Source of the DNA: Deltaproteobacteria bacterium
GTDB taxonomy: Bacteria; Desulfobacterota; DSM-4660; Desulfatiglandales; HGW-15
Assembly (NCBI GenBank): GCA_019310525.1
Contig: JAFDEE010000019.1
Coordinates: 64,898 to 128,897, forward strand
Length of the DNA stretch: 64,000 nucleotides
Reading direction: 5' to 3'
Shown one piece after another: positions 55,275 through 64,000 of the stretch (the first letter of the stretch is position 1; the number at the start of each line of letters is the position of its first letter). The translations under genes were made by a program, and so were the position numbers. Below the pieces are notes generated by a model. That model did no database searches. It was not told the origin of the DNA and saw nothing but the letters and a program-made list of their open reading frames with translations.

Positions 55275-56285
55275 CTAGATCGCCTTGATCCGATCACGTA
55301 AAAATTCACTAATTCTTTCCATATCATTAAGTCCCCCAGGGAGATCCTGGATGGAGATCTCAGCCCTAGCCGCGCTTTTATGTCCTCCCGCCGGTCCCCA
55401 TTCCCCGAACAGTCTTTGGGCGACTTTTCCTGCATCCAGGCGAAACCCCGCATTTCTGAAAATCACAATAAGCCTCTGGCCGTAAACTCCCGCCACAATA
55501 CACCATGTGGCCTCGGCCATTCGAAGAAAAAAATCGGCGATGATGACGAGGAGGTCCGGTTCTTTAACACGTCCCATGAATATGAAGGCCCGGTCCTTGT
55601 ATAGGCTCAGGTTGTCGATGGCGAATTTGATACTCTTCAGGGTACCCCGGGTGATCTCAGAAAATTCAAGTTTTTTGATGGTATTGATATTGGCGAACCG
55701 GTACAGGTACTTGAATGCCTCGATATCCCCCAGTATCGAGTTTCGGGCGAAATTATCCGTATCTGTCTTGATCCCGTAAAAAAGCGCCGTGGCCAGTTTG
55801 GGGGAGGGTTTGATCCGGGCCGCTTTTAAGTACTCGGTCATGATGCTTGAATTTGCCCCATACTGTTCCCTGATATCCACGAAAGGGGCAACGGATAGAT
55901 CACCGGGCGGATGGTGGTCGATAATGATGTCGAATCGATGCCTGGCCAATCGTTCATCATGGTGAGGCTGGGAATCGACGATCGCCCACCTGGTGATACC
56001 TTCGGGGTGTTCCCTGAAATATACCAGATCGACCTTCAACAGCCTGACCAGGGCCAAATTATCCGCCCTCTTGATGACATTAGTGCGGTAAATATGAACC
56101 TTCTTAACCCTTCTCCAAAAAAGCCGTTTCAAGGCCATGGCGCTGGCGATAGCATCCGGATCCGCGTTTATGACAATAGCCAGCACATCATCAGGAGCAA
56201 TAATCTCCAACAATTTTTTGTACTTTTCCACCTGGGAAACAGACTTTGCAAATGGATGCTCCATGATGGGATGTTCCTGGTCCAT
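55275..56285 (-). CDS. DHH-family phosphoesterase (NrnA-like)
   Basis: AIVINADPDAIASA, IIIDHHP and a C-terminal GGHKSAA (DHHA1 GGGH-like) motif. Confidence 0.75.
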   Translation of the reverse strand: MDQEHPIMEHPFAKSVSQVEKYKKLLEIIAPDDVLAIVINADPDAIASAMALKRLFWRRVKKVHIYRTNVIKRADNLALVRLLKVDLVYFREHPEGITRWAIVDSQPHHDERLARHRFDIIIDHHPPGDLSVAPFVDIREQYGANSSIMTEYLKAARIKPSPKLATALFYGIKTDTDNFARNSILGDIEAFKYLYRFANINTIKKLEFSEITRGTLKSIKFAIDNLSLYKDRAFIFMGRVKEPDLLVIIADFFLRMAEATWCIVAGVYGQRLIVIFRNAGFRLDAGKVAQRLFGEWGPAGGHKSAARAEISIQDLPGGLNDMERISEFLRDRIKAI

Positions 56286-56405
56286 TATTGTCCTCGTCTG
56301 GGAATTGGAGAGGCCCCTTGAATCCTCAAGCCATTCAGAACCCTTTTCTTCTCTTTCACAACCAGATACCTTAGAAAAAATCCAAACCTTGTTTCAATGA
56401 AAAAG

Positions 56406-57230
56406 TCATGCCCCCCCTTTCCAGGGCCAATGTTGTTTCAAGTATTCAAGGCTGACCGAAAGATCCGGTTCCCTGTGGGGTTCAAGAGTCACCAAGGGTC
56501 GTGTCCCTTTCAGGTGTTTCAAGAACTGAAAAAGGGGACGAAATTCGATGGTCCCCCTCCCAAGGGCAAGATGTTCATCTGATCCTCCATCGTTGTCATG
56601 GAGGTGAAGGTGCTGCAGGTGGGTCCCCAGCACCCCCAGCCATTCTTCAAGGGGCTTTCGGCCAAAGGCCCACATGTGCCCCGTATCCAGGCAAAAACCG
56701 ACATCCAGTCCCGACAATGCCTGAAAAAGATCAAGGAGATCTCGAGGATCCCCCTCGTAGACATTCTCCAGCATCAGTTTCGATCCCTCGTACCTGACAC
56801 GAGGCGCCATCCAGCTCCATGTCTCGAGACTGAAGGCGATCCACTTTTCCTTGAAAAATCCATATCGTCTCTCATCGTAACCCGCATGACAAACCACGGC
56901 CCTGGGCTCGAAAAATGGGAGGAGATCCAGGGTTTGTTCAAGACGTTTCCGGGTCACCTCCCTTACGGCAGGGTCCAGTGAACCTGGAGAGAGATCAAGG
57001 AAAGGGCAGTGCAGAGTGACCTCCAGCCCGTTTCTTCGTAATGTCTCCCCAACGGCGCGGAATTCCGATGCGGAATAATGATCCAGTGCATGGGCGTCGA
57101 TGCCAACTTCAGGATTCAGCCGCTCCTGGATGAACCGCGGGAGATAAGAGTCGTATAGCAAGGTGAATGGAATATTGACATGGATGGAACGAAGGATTTC
57201 TTTTTCCATGGAATCCGCCGTCGTTGACAT
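56406..57230 (-). CDS. Sugar phosphate isomerase/epimerase (xylose isomerase-like TIM barrel)
   Basis: LENVYEG...CLDTGH...HLHLHDNDG pattern. Confidence 0.7.
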   Translation of the reverse strand: MSTTADSMEKEILRSIHVNIPFTLLYDSYLPRFIQERLNPEVGIDAHALDHYSASEFRAVGETLRRNGLEVTLHCPFLDLSPGSLDPAVREVTRKRLEQTLDLLPFFEPRAVVCHAGYDERRYGFFKEKWIAFSLETWSWMAPRVRYEGSKLMLENVYEGDPRDLLDLFQALSGLDVGFCLDTGHMWAFGRKPLEEWLGVLGTHLQHLHLHDNDGGSDEHLALGRGTIEFRPLFQFLKHLKGTRPLVTLEPHREPDLSVSLEYLKQHWPWKGGA

Positions 57231-57361
57231 AGCATCCTCTTTTTCGTTAAGATTCGATAAAAGTTCTGCAAAAGGCTGATGTACTCAGGCCGTTGCGAGG
57301 TTTCTTCAGAGGTACTCTTTTCAAAGAGCCTCCATCTTGGTGCCGCGATGGAGAGGAGTCA

Positions 57362-57706
57362 ATGAAAAAGTATATCCTTTCTCCCATCTGCTCGGCGTTC
57401 GTGATTCCCGGGCTCGGTCAAATCCTTAATAACCAAAGGGCCAAGGGCGTTATCCTTCTTTCAGCAATGTTCGCCCTCTTCGTGGGAGGGGTGGTGGAAT
57501 TGACTCTTGTGATACGGTCTTCACTGGAGAAGGGGAATTTAGCCGGATCTCAGCCAGCAGATTTTCTTCAGTTACTTGAGGGAGAAGGTCACCCTTTACT
57601 GGTTCTCATTCTTGTGCTTTTTCTCATCGTCTGGGTCTATTCCATAGTGGATGCCTTTTGGGTAGGTATCAAACTGGAACGGGAAAAGAAGGGAAACGGT
57701 TTATGA
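57362..57706 (+). CDS. Small membrane protein (PGLGQ-motif, TM2-like)
   Basis: IPGLGQILNNQRAKG followed by two TM helices and a terminal W..S.VDAFW. RBS GGAGAGGAG. Confidence 0.55.
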   Translation: MKKYILSPICSAFVIPGLGQILNNQRAKGVILLSAMFALFVGGVVELTLVIRSSLEKGNLAGSQPADFLQLLEGEGHPLLVLILVLFLIVWVYSIVDAFWVGIKLEREKKGNGL

Positions 57707-58035
57707 GATCCTATTTGATGGACGAAATCCTCCCGGCGGACATTGAAAAGGCAAAGGCCTTTCTCATGAAAAACACCCTGACCGCCCAACTCGATAACCT
57801 TTTTTGGGTTCCCTTGCCGGAAGATTACCTGAGCGAGATTCAATCCCGCCATATATCGTGCCAACCCCACGTGTTTGCAGTAGAAATCGGAAAGGACTGG
57901 ATCAAGATGGAGTTTTTCGTGCGGAGCCTCAAGGTGATGAGGTGTGATTGCCAGTCTTACTGCACATCCCGTCAATCCGCTTACATCATGAGCTTCGGAA
58001 ACCAGATCGTCCGCGAATTGGGCATCAGGACCTGA
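57703..58035 (+). CDS. Hypothetical 110-aa protein, translationally coupled to the preceding gene
   Basis: ATGA start/stop overlap with 57362-57706. Protein-like composition with no recognised domain. Confidence 0.45.
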   Translation: MRSYLMDEILPADIEKAKAFLMKNTLTAQLDNLFWVPLPEDYLSEIQSRHISCQPHVFAVEIGKDWIKMEFFVRSLKVMRCDCQSYCTSRQSAYIMSFGNQIVRELGIRT

Positions 58036-58193
58036 CGCGGGGAAACACCTTTCCTGCCCTACCCTGCATCCGCTACTATATTCCCTTCTCTACCAGGTTT
58101 TCCGAAAGCCTTCCCCGGTACAATCAAATTGACTTGAGCCAATAGATCTGTTAAACAGAAAGTTTCTATACATATTGAATGGAGGCTCACCCA

Positions 58194-61001
58194 ATGGATT
58201 ATAAGGCTACTCTCAATCTTCCCCGCACTGACTTTCCTATGAAAGCCAACCTGGTGAAGCGTGAACCCGAAATGATCGCTCGATGGGAACGGGACAACCT
58301 GTACCAACGAATCCGGGAGGTATCCAAGGGGCGGAAACGATACATGCTCCACGACGGTCCTCCTTATGCCAACGGGCACATCCACATGGGCACGGCCTTC
58401 AACAAGGTCCTCAAGGACATCATAATCAAGTCCAAGCAAATGGCGGGTTTCGATGCACCTTACGTGCCTGGATGGGATTGCCATGGCCTGCCCATCGAGC
58501 ACAAGGTGGACATGGAACTGGGAGAGAAAAAGGCCGAGCTTTCCCAGGTAGAGATCAGACGCCATTGCCGCCGATACGCCGAGAAATTCATCGACATTCA
58601 GAGGGAAGAATTCAAGAGACTCGGGGTTTTTGGAGAATGGGACAGGCCCTACCTGACCATGAACTATCCCTATGAAGCTACCATCGTGCGGGAATGTGGG
58701 AAATTCGCCTTAAACGGAAGCCTCGTGAGGAGCAAGAAGCCCATCTATTGGTGTATCTCCTGTCAGACTGCCCTGGCCGAAGCGGAGGTGGAATACGAGG
58801 AACATACCTCCCCCTCTATTTTTGTAAAATTTCCTATGATTTCGGACCTCTCGGAGATTTTTCCTTCTCTTCGTGGAAAGAAAGTCTCCATGATCATCTG
58901 GACCACGACCCCTTGGACCATTCCGGCCAATCTGGCCATCGCCCTTCACCCCGATTTCGATTACGTGGCTGTTGAAGTCGGCGGGGAGGAGGTCTTCATC
59001 CTGGCCGAGGGTCTCACCAATATCTGCATGGATACTTTCGGCATCGACTCCTACGAAATCCTCGAGAGATTCAGGGCCACGCAGATCGAAGGCCTGAAGG
59101 CCAAACATCCGCTCTATGATAAGGAATCGGTGATCGTGTTGGCCCCTTACGTCACTCTCGATGCAGGTACGGGCTGTGTCCATACGGCTCCGGGTCATGG
59201 TCGAGAGGATTATGAAACAGGGCTGGAATACGAACTGGAAGTCTACTCACCGGTGGACGATGCCGGCCGTTTTACGAGCGATGTCAAGCTTTTCTCCGGC
59301 ATGAACGTCTTTGAGGCCAATCCGGCGATCAATCAAGCCTTACGAGAGCGGGGAGTTCTCTTGAAAGAGGAGCCCATCACCCATGAATACCCCCATTGCT
59401 GGCGGTGTAAAAAACCCGTGATTTTCAGGTCCACCGAGCAGTGGTTCATATCCATGGAAAAGAACGACCTCCGGAAAAAGGCCCTCCAGGCCATCCGGGA
59501 GGTCAACTGGATTCCCTCCTGGGGAGAGGACCGCATTTACGGGCTCATCGCCAACCGCCCGGACTGGTGTATCTCCCGCCAGCGGGCCTGGGGTGTTCCT
59601 ATCACTCTCTTCTATTGCAGGGAATGCAATGCTGTTGTGGTTTCAGAAGAGATCATCGAGCATGTGGCAAACAAGGTGGAACAGGCCGGAGCCGACATCT
59701 GGTTTATGGAATCGGAAGAAGAACTCCTGCCCCCGGGGACCTCTTGCCCGCAATGCGGTGCCACAAAATTTACCAAGGAAACGGACATATTGGATGTATG
59801 GTTCGATTCCGGGGTCAGTTATGCCGCGGTCATGGAAAAAAGGGAGTACCTGAACAGCCCGGCGGATCTCTACCTGGAAGGAAGTGACCAGCACCGGGGC
59901 TGGTTCCATAGTTCCCTTCTCTGCTCCGTAGGAACACGGGGCCATGCCCCTTACAGAAACGTCCTGACACACGGTTTCGTCGTGGACGGCACGGGTAAGG
60001 CCATGCACAAGTCCGCGGGAAACGTCATCTCACCCGAGGAGCTCATCCGTGACTATGGCGCTGAAATCATCCGGCTATGGGTTGCCGGGGAAGATTACCG
60101 GGACAATATTCGGCTTTCAGGGGAAATCCTTCAGCGATTGACGGAAGCCTACCGTCGCATTCGGAACACCTGCCGATTCCTCCTTGGAAACCTGAACGAC
60201 TTTGAGCCGGACCGGGACAGTGTGCCTTACAGTGAGATGGAAGAGTTGGATCGTTGGGCCCTCAATCGACTGCAGGAAATGAACGAACGGGTGCTCCGAG
60301 CCTATGAACAATTCGAATACCATCCTGTATTCCATAACATCCACAATTTCTGCGTGCTGGACCTTTCCTCCTTCTACCTGGATATCATCAAGGACAGGCT
60401 CTATGTGTCTCCTCCCAAATCCAAGGAAAGGCGATCAGCTCAAACGGCCCTCAACGAGATCCTGGAGGTCCTGGTCAGGCTCATGGCCCCTATCTTCTCC
60501 TTTACGGCAGACGAAGTTTGGCAATATATGAAGGGAAATGATCGACTCCCCAGCGTCCACATGGACCTCTTCGTTCCAGTAAAGGAAGAATACAAGGATC
60601 CCAACCTGGCCGAGGCATGGGACACGCTGATCAGAATCCGCAAAGAGGTCACCAAGGCACTGGAAATATCGAGGAAAGACAAGAAGATCGGTCATTCACT
60701 GGATGCTTCCGTGACCCTCGGGGTATCTGATGAATTAATCAAGAAATTGGAACCTTACAAGGAACAACTCCGCTACATCTTCATCGTCTCCTCCGTGGAC
60801 ATTGTACCCGGCGCCCAGCTCGATTCGACCCCGGAATGCGAGGAATTCCCCGGTTTAAAAGTGATCGTGGAACCTTCAGCTGACAAAAAATGCGAGCGAT
60901 GCTGGATCCATGATCCTACGGTGGGTGAGAGCCCTGAACACCCGGGAATTTGCAAGCGTTGCCTGGATGCGTTGCAGGAAGCTGGATACATAGTGAAATG
61001 A
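58194..61001 (+). CDS. ileS: Isoleucine--tRNA ligase
   Basis: MDYKATLNLPRTDFPM N-terminus, HMGTAFN (HIGH), KMHKS (KMSKS) and a C-terminal zinc knuckle CERCW...CKRC. GGAGG lies 8 nt upstream of the ATG at 58194. Confidence 0.95.
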   Translation: MDYKATLNLPRTDFPMKANLVKREPEMIARWERDNLYQRIREVSKGRKRYMLHDGPPYANGHIHMGTAFNKVLKDIIIKSKQMAGFDAPYVPGWDCHGLPIEHKVDMELGEKKAELSQVEIRRHCRRYAEKFIDIQREEFKRLGVFGEWDRPYLTMNYPYEATIVRECGKFALNGSLVRSKKPIYWCISCQTALAEAEVEYEEHTSPSIFVKFPMISDLSEIFPSLRGKKVSMIIWTTTPWTIPANLAIALHPDFDYVAVEVGGEEVFILAEGLTNICMDTFGIDSYEILERFRATQIEGLKAKHPLYDKESVIVLAPYVTLDAGTGCVHTAPGHGREDYETGLEYELEVYSPVDDAGRFTSDVKLFSGMNVFEANPAINQALRERGVLLKEEPITHEYPHCWRCKKPVIFRSTEQWFISMEKNDLRKKALQAIREVNWIPSWGEDRIYGLIANRPDWCISRQRAWGVPITLFYCRECNAVVVSEEIIEHVANKVEQAGADIWFMESEEELLPPGTSCPQCGATKFTKETDILDVWFDSGVSYAAVMEKREYLNSPADLYLEGSDQHRGWFHSSLLCSVGTRGHAPYRNVLTHGFVVDGTGKAMHKSAGNVISPEELIRDYGAEIIRLWVAGEDYRDNIRLSGEILQRLTEAYRRIRNTCRFLLGNLNDFEPDRDSVPYSEMEELDRWALNRLQEMNERVLRAYEQFEYHPVFHNIHNFCVLDLSSFYLDIIKDRLYVSPPKSKERRSAQTALNEILEVLVRLMAPIFSFTADEVWQYMKGNDRLPSVHMDLFVPVKEEYKDPNLAEAWDTLIRIRKEVTKALEISRKDKKIGHSLDASVTLGVSDELIKKLEPYKEQLRYIFIVSSVDIVPGAQLDSTPECEEFPGLKVIVEPSADKKCERCWIHDPTVGESPEHPGICKRCLDALQEAGYIVK

Positions 61002-61519
61002 ACACGAGCCTTGCGCGTATAGTCTTTCCCGCTGCAGTGGTCCTTGTTTTGGATCAGGTGAGTAAGCTCCTCCTCGTCCGAACCATCCCACTTTATGGTT
61101 CCGTCAGCGTAATTGAGGGAGTTTTCAATTTAGTGCACACCCGTAACCGTGGGGTCGCCTTTGGATTCCTGAACAGCGCGGAACCTGGCCTTGCCCAGGT
61201 TTTTCTTATAGCTATCACACTTGCGGCGATGGCCCTCTTGATTTCCTGGTTCTTTAGAATCAAAGACAGAGAACCGCGCCTTATTTTCCCATTGGCCTTG
61301 GTCTTGGGAGGAGCCGCTGGAAATCTTGTGGATCGAATCCGGCAGGGAGAAATCATCGATTTTCTCGATTTCCATTACGGGGCATACCATTGGCCGGCAT
61401 TCAACTTGGCCGACTCTGCCATTTCAGTCGGGACCTTTCTGTTGGCCGTTTTCATACTATTGCAGCGTCCATCCTCTTCGCAAAGAAATCCTCTTTCACC
61501 AAAAATGCACAGGAAATGA
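60998..61519 (+). CDS. lspA: Signal peptidase II (lipoprotein signal peptidase)
   Basis: LDQVSK, NRGVAFG, GGAAGNLVDR and FNLADS motifs. ATGA overlap with the ileS stop. Confidence 0.9.
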   Translation: MNTSLARIVFPAAVVLVLDQVSKLLLVRTIPLYGSVSVIEGVFNLVHTRNRGVAFGFLNSAEPGLAQVFLIAITLAAMALLISWFFRIKDREPRLIFPLALVLGGAAGNLVDRIRQGEIIDFLDFHYGAYHWPAFNLADSAISVGTFLLAVFILLQRPSSSQRNPLSPKMHRK

Positions 61520-62304
61520 CGTGGTTCATGCAACCTGATCTTTTCACCATCGGATCCCTGACACTCCATGCCCATGGCCTTTTCATGGCCCTGGGATTCA
61601 CCGTTGCCATCTTAACAACGGCCTGGATTGCAAAGACAGAAGGAACCACTTCACACACGGTCCTGGGATCGGCGCTGGTCATGGGCCTTGGCGCCATCAT
61701 CGGTTCGAGGATCCTATATGTCATTCTCAGTCCAGCCTATTTCCGGTATCATCCCTTTGAAATCCTAAAAGTCTGGGAGGGGGGGCTCGTATTTGTCGGT
61801 GGGATGGTCTTCGGCGCTGCTTGCCTTGCATGGTATACAAGGCTGAAAGGACTTTCTTTTTTATCCACTGCAGATTTGTGGGTACCGGCGGTCGCCCTGG
61901 GAGAGGGGATCGGGAGAATCGGTTGTCTTGCGGCGGGCTGTTGTTATGGAAAAATTACCGGGTTGCCATGGGGAATCGTTTTTTCCAACCCTCGGTCCCT
62001 GGCCCCGCTTCACGTTCCGCTTCATCCAACGCAACTCTATGCGTCATTGAGCGGCTTCCTCATCTTCGGTATTCTGCTCTTTCTTCACGCCAGAAAGAAA
62101 TTCACCGGCCAGTTGCTGTTATGGTACTTAATCCTGCACAGTACTTCCACACTGCTTGTTGAGAAATTCAGGGGCGACTACCGCTGGTTGATCCCGGGCA
62201 CCGAGATGACCTTTACCCAATTGATCAGCCTCTTGATCCTCATTGGCTCTGCGATCCTTCTCCTCTTCATCAAGCCGTCAGATCAACAAAACCAAAGGGA
62301 ATAA
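61516..62304 (+). CDS. lgt: Prolipoprotein diacylglyceryl transferase
   Basis: KVWEGGLVFVGG, GRIGCLAAGCCYG and HPTQLY motifs. ATGA overlap with the lspA stop. Confidence 0.9.
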   Translation: MTWFMQPDLFTIGSLTLHAHGLFMALGFTVAILTTAWIAKTEGTTSHTVLGSALVMGLGAIIGSRILYVILSPAYFRYHPFEILKVWEGGLVFVGGMVFGAACLAWYTRLKGLSFLSTADLWVPAVALGEGIGRIGCLAAGCCYGKITGLPWGIVFSNPRSLAPLHVPLHPTQLYASLSGFLIFGILLFLHARKKFTGQLLLWYLILHSTSTLLVEKFRGDYRWLIPGTEMTFTQLISLLILIGSAILLLFIKPSDQQNQRE

Positions 62305-62623
62305 AGTGGATATCTCTCCTTAGAACAATGGCTTCACTCCAACTTCACCGGTGTGTGGCATTTTTCTTGCATTAGATATGCATATTTCCTTGAATAACGC
62401 CCAGGACATGCAATTATCAATAAATCATCTAAGATTATCTATAATGTTATTTACTTGACAATAGCGAGCAAAATTCCGTAACTTACAAAAATAAAGCCCT
62501 TTGTCAGTCTCCTTAAACGGCGAATTTCGAAAAAACAAACTAGTACTAAGTGAATCTCCCCCGGCAGGAGCCGGGGGCTTCAGCCTGCTACAAATACTTG
62601 GGCCCTTCGGGCGGCCGCTACAT

Positions 62624-62648
62624 CTCCAGACAAGAGTCTGGAGTTTTC
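62624..62648 (+). terminator. Terminator-like hairpin in the leader of the LysM gene
   Basis: CTCCAGAC-AAGA-GTCTGGAG followed by TTTT. It ends 37 nt upstream of the LysM start codon. Confidence 0.5.
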
Positions 62649-62684
62649 TGCGGCGGAATAAAAATACAGATGAGGGTGGGTTAA

Positions 62685-63827
62685 ATGCAAGAAAAGGAGC
62701 AAGGTCGTCTTTGCAGGTTTTTTTTAGGTCTCATGATAGCCGGGGCTGTGATCTTTTTTGTTTCCTCTTTTTCTTCGGCGTTTGAAGATACTTACACGGT
62801 CCAGGAAGGAGATACCCTTTGGTCAATTTGTGAAACCTATTACGGAGATGCCAATCTGTGGCCCAAGCTCTGGGAAATGAACCCTTTCATTACAAATCCC
62901 CATTTCCTCCGTCCGGGCGACAGGATCAGGCTTTTGGAAAGAGCGCCTGTTGAAAAACCTAAAAGTTGTAGTGCTTCGGAACCGGTCCAGCCCGAACCCT
63001 TCACGGAAATGGCGGGCATCAATGTATCCTCCCTTACGACGATCTCCACTATAGGCCGATTATCACGAGAAAAAGTTCAGCCCTGGGGAACCATCTTTTC
63101 CTCTTATTCCAGCAAACTCATGATGGAAAGAGGAGACAGGGTCGTAGTCCATCTCCAAAAAGACAAACAAGCCGTGAGAGGTGATCGATTTACGGTTTAC
63201 GAGCCCTCTGATTTGCTACGGCATCCTCTTACTGGTGAAAAATTGGGGTATATCCTGGATTACCATGGTACACTTGAAATATTGAAGCACTTGAAAAAGA
63301 ACTACTATGAAGCCAAGGTGATCAATGCCATTCGAACCATCAATGTCAAAGATCCAGTGATTCCATATGAACCTATTTCTCCATGTATACAGCCCCTTCC
63401 GGCTGAAGAGAAATTGATCGCTAATATTGTGGCGGTAAAAGATCAAAACTTGGCCATCGGACAGAATACCATCGTTTATCTCAACAAGGGATTCAACCAG
63501 GGTATCCGCAGGGGAAACCTGTTTGAAGTGCTCAATATCAAAAAGGTGAGTGATTCTGATTTTGAAGGAAAAGATTTTTTTGGAACAATCGGGGAAATGC
63601 TGAAATCCGACTCACTTGCAGATATTTACAGTCGGTTGACCAAGAAAACCACCCTTTTTGAAGATCCCCTCGGTACCCTGTTGATACTGGAATCAAGGCC
63701 CGATACTTCAACCGGGATTATTCTCACTTCAAGGAAGAACCTCCTTAACGGCTCTTTCGTAAGGGCCCTGTCCTGGACTGAAACACCTCCCATTTTCTCG
63801 AAACTCGGGCGATGCGCCCTTAAATAG
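62685..63827 (+). CDS. LysM domain-containing secreted protein
   Basis: Signal/TM segment followed by the LysM motif YTVQEGDTLWSICETYYGDANLWPKLWEMNP. RBS GAGGGTGGG. Confidence 0.8.
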   Translation: MQEKEQGRLCRFFLGLMIAGAVIFFVSSFSSAFEDTYTVQEGDTLWSICETYYGDANLWPKLWEMNPFITNPHFLRPGDRIRLLERAPVEKPKSCSASEPVQPEPFTEMAGINVSSLTTISTIGRLSREKVQPWGTIFSSYSSKLMMERGDRVVVHLQKDKQAVRGDRFTVYEPSDLLRHPLTGEKLGYILDYHGTLEILKHLKKNYYEAKVINAIRTINVKDPVIPYEPISPCIQPLPAEEKLIANIVAVKDQNLAIGQNTIVYLNKGFNQGIRRGNLFEVLNIKKVSDSDFEGKDFFGTIGEMLKSDSLADIYSRLTKKTTLFEDPLGTLLILESRPDTSTGIILTSRKNLLNGSFVRALSWTETPPIFSKLGRCALK

Positions 63828-63910
63828 TGTGTTCTCTCCACAAAATGTGCATTTCAAGCACGGCGGGTTTCCAATGCTCCTGATCGTTTTTACGGTCTGG
63901 TCCCATTGAA

Positions 63911-64000
63911 TTACTCGGCGGCGAAAAGAGACTGCTTTTTCTCTTCTCCGTTTTTACCTTGCTTCTTAAAACGATTTCCTGTATTTTTCTTTTCCCTAGC
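63911..64000 (-). CDS. C-terminal 29 codons of an unidentified gene that starts outside the window
   Basis: Open minus-strand frame from the window edge to TAA (complement at 63911-63913). The tail ...AREKKNTGNRFKKQGKNGEEKKQSLFAAE is basic. No identification is possible. Confidence 0.25.
   Translation of the reverse strand, partial: AREKKNTGNRFKKQGKNGEEKKQSLFAAE

Noticed and set aside
62545-62600. ydaO-type (c-di-AMP) riboswitch upstream of the LysM gene
   Set aside because: Only a GTGAATC fragment and generic GC hairpins are present. The conserved GGGGA-CCA and CCGA-CCG-CAGCUAACC elements are not recognisable, and the pseudo-twofold architecture is not evident.

Overview
This 64-kb segment is about 50% GC and reads as core chromosome rather than an accessory island. 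Gene content resembles a Desulfobacterota/Syntrophia-type deltaproteobacterium: sigma-54 activator, MglA-type GTPase, tRNA-Sec, GEMM-I riboswitch, UPF0182, HDOD/GGDEF signalling. That placement is inference only.

I call about 56 protein genes, mostly housekeeping:
- tRNA and translation: miaB, ileS, an S1-domain protein, tRNA-Sec.
- Envelope: a PBP1A-like protein, mreB, lspA, lgt, GT2 and GT9 glycosyltransferases, a LysM protein.
- Central and salvage metabolism: nadK, asd, fbp, a PFK-2/FBPase-2 homologue, purine nucleoside phosphorylase plus MTA/SAH deaminase, peptidases.
- Signalling: a GGDEF response regulator, HDOD, a PAS-GAF histidine kinase, a sigma-54 activator, cNMP-binding proteins.

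I see no rRNA, CRISPR array, transposase, integrase or recognisable defence gene.

The unusual content is in the intergenic DNA:
1. Eight copies of a modular, mosaic MITE-like repeat with GTGCCCATCCATAAAT-type inverted termini. Three copies have visible target-site duplications. One carries a second MITE nested inside it with its own duplication.
2. A clear c-di-GMP-I (GEMM-I) riboswitch with a terminator, upstream of an 87-aa ORF of unknown function.
3. A good sigma-54 promoter placed divergently from a GAF-sigma-54 activator. It drives an operon that encodes an MglA-like GTPase without MglB.
4. A 29-aa bS22/AURKAIP1-like micro-ORF below the ORF-track cutoff.
5. A transcription unit of about 280 nt bounded by a promoter and a terminator, with no credible ORF.
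6. tRNA-Sec separated from its terminator by a repeat insertion.

I did not find a convincing novel multi-gene system. The sigma-54/MglA-like/DUF4388 module and the mosaic repeat family are the best candidates for follow-up. All family assignments come from reading the translated motifs by eye, and no searches were run.
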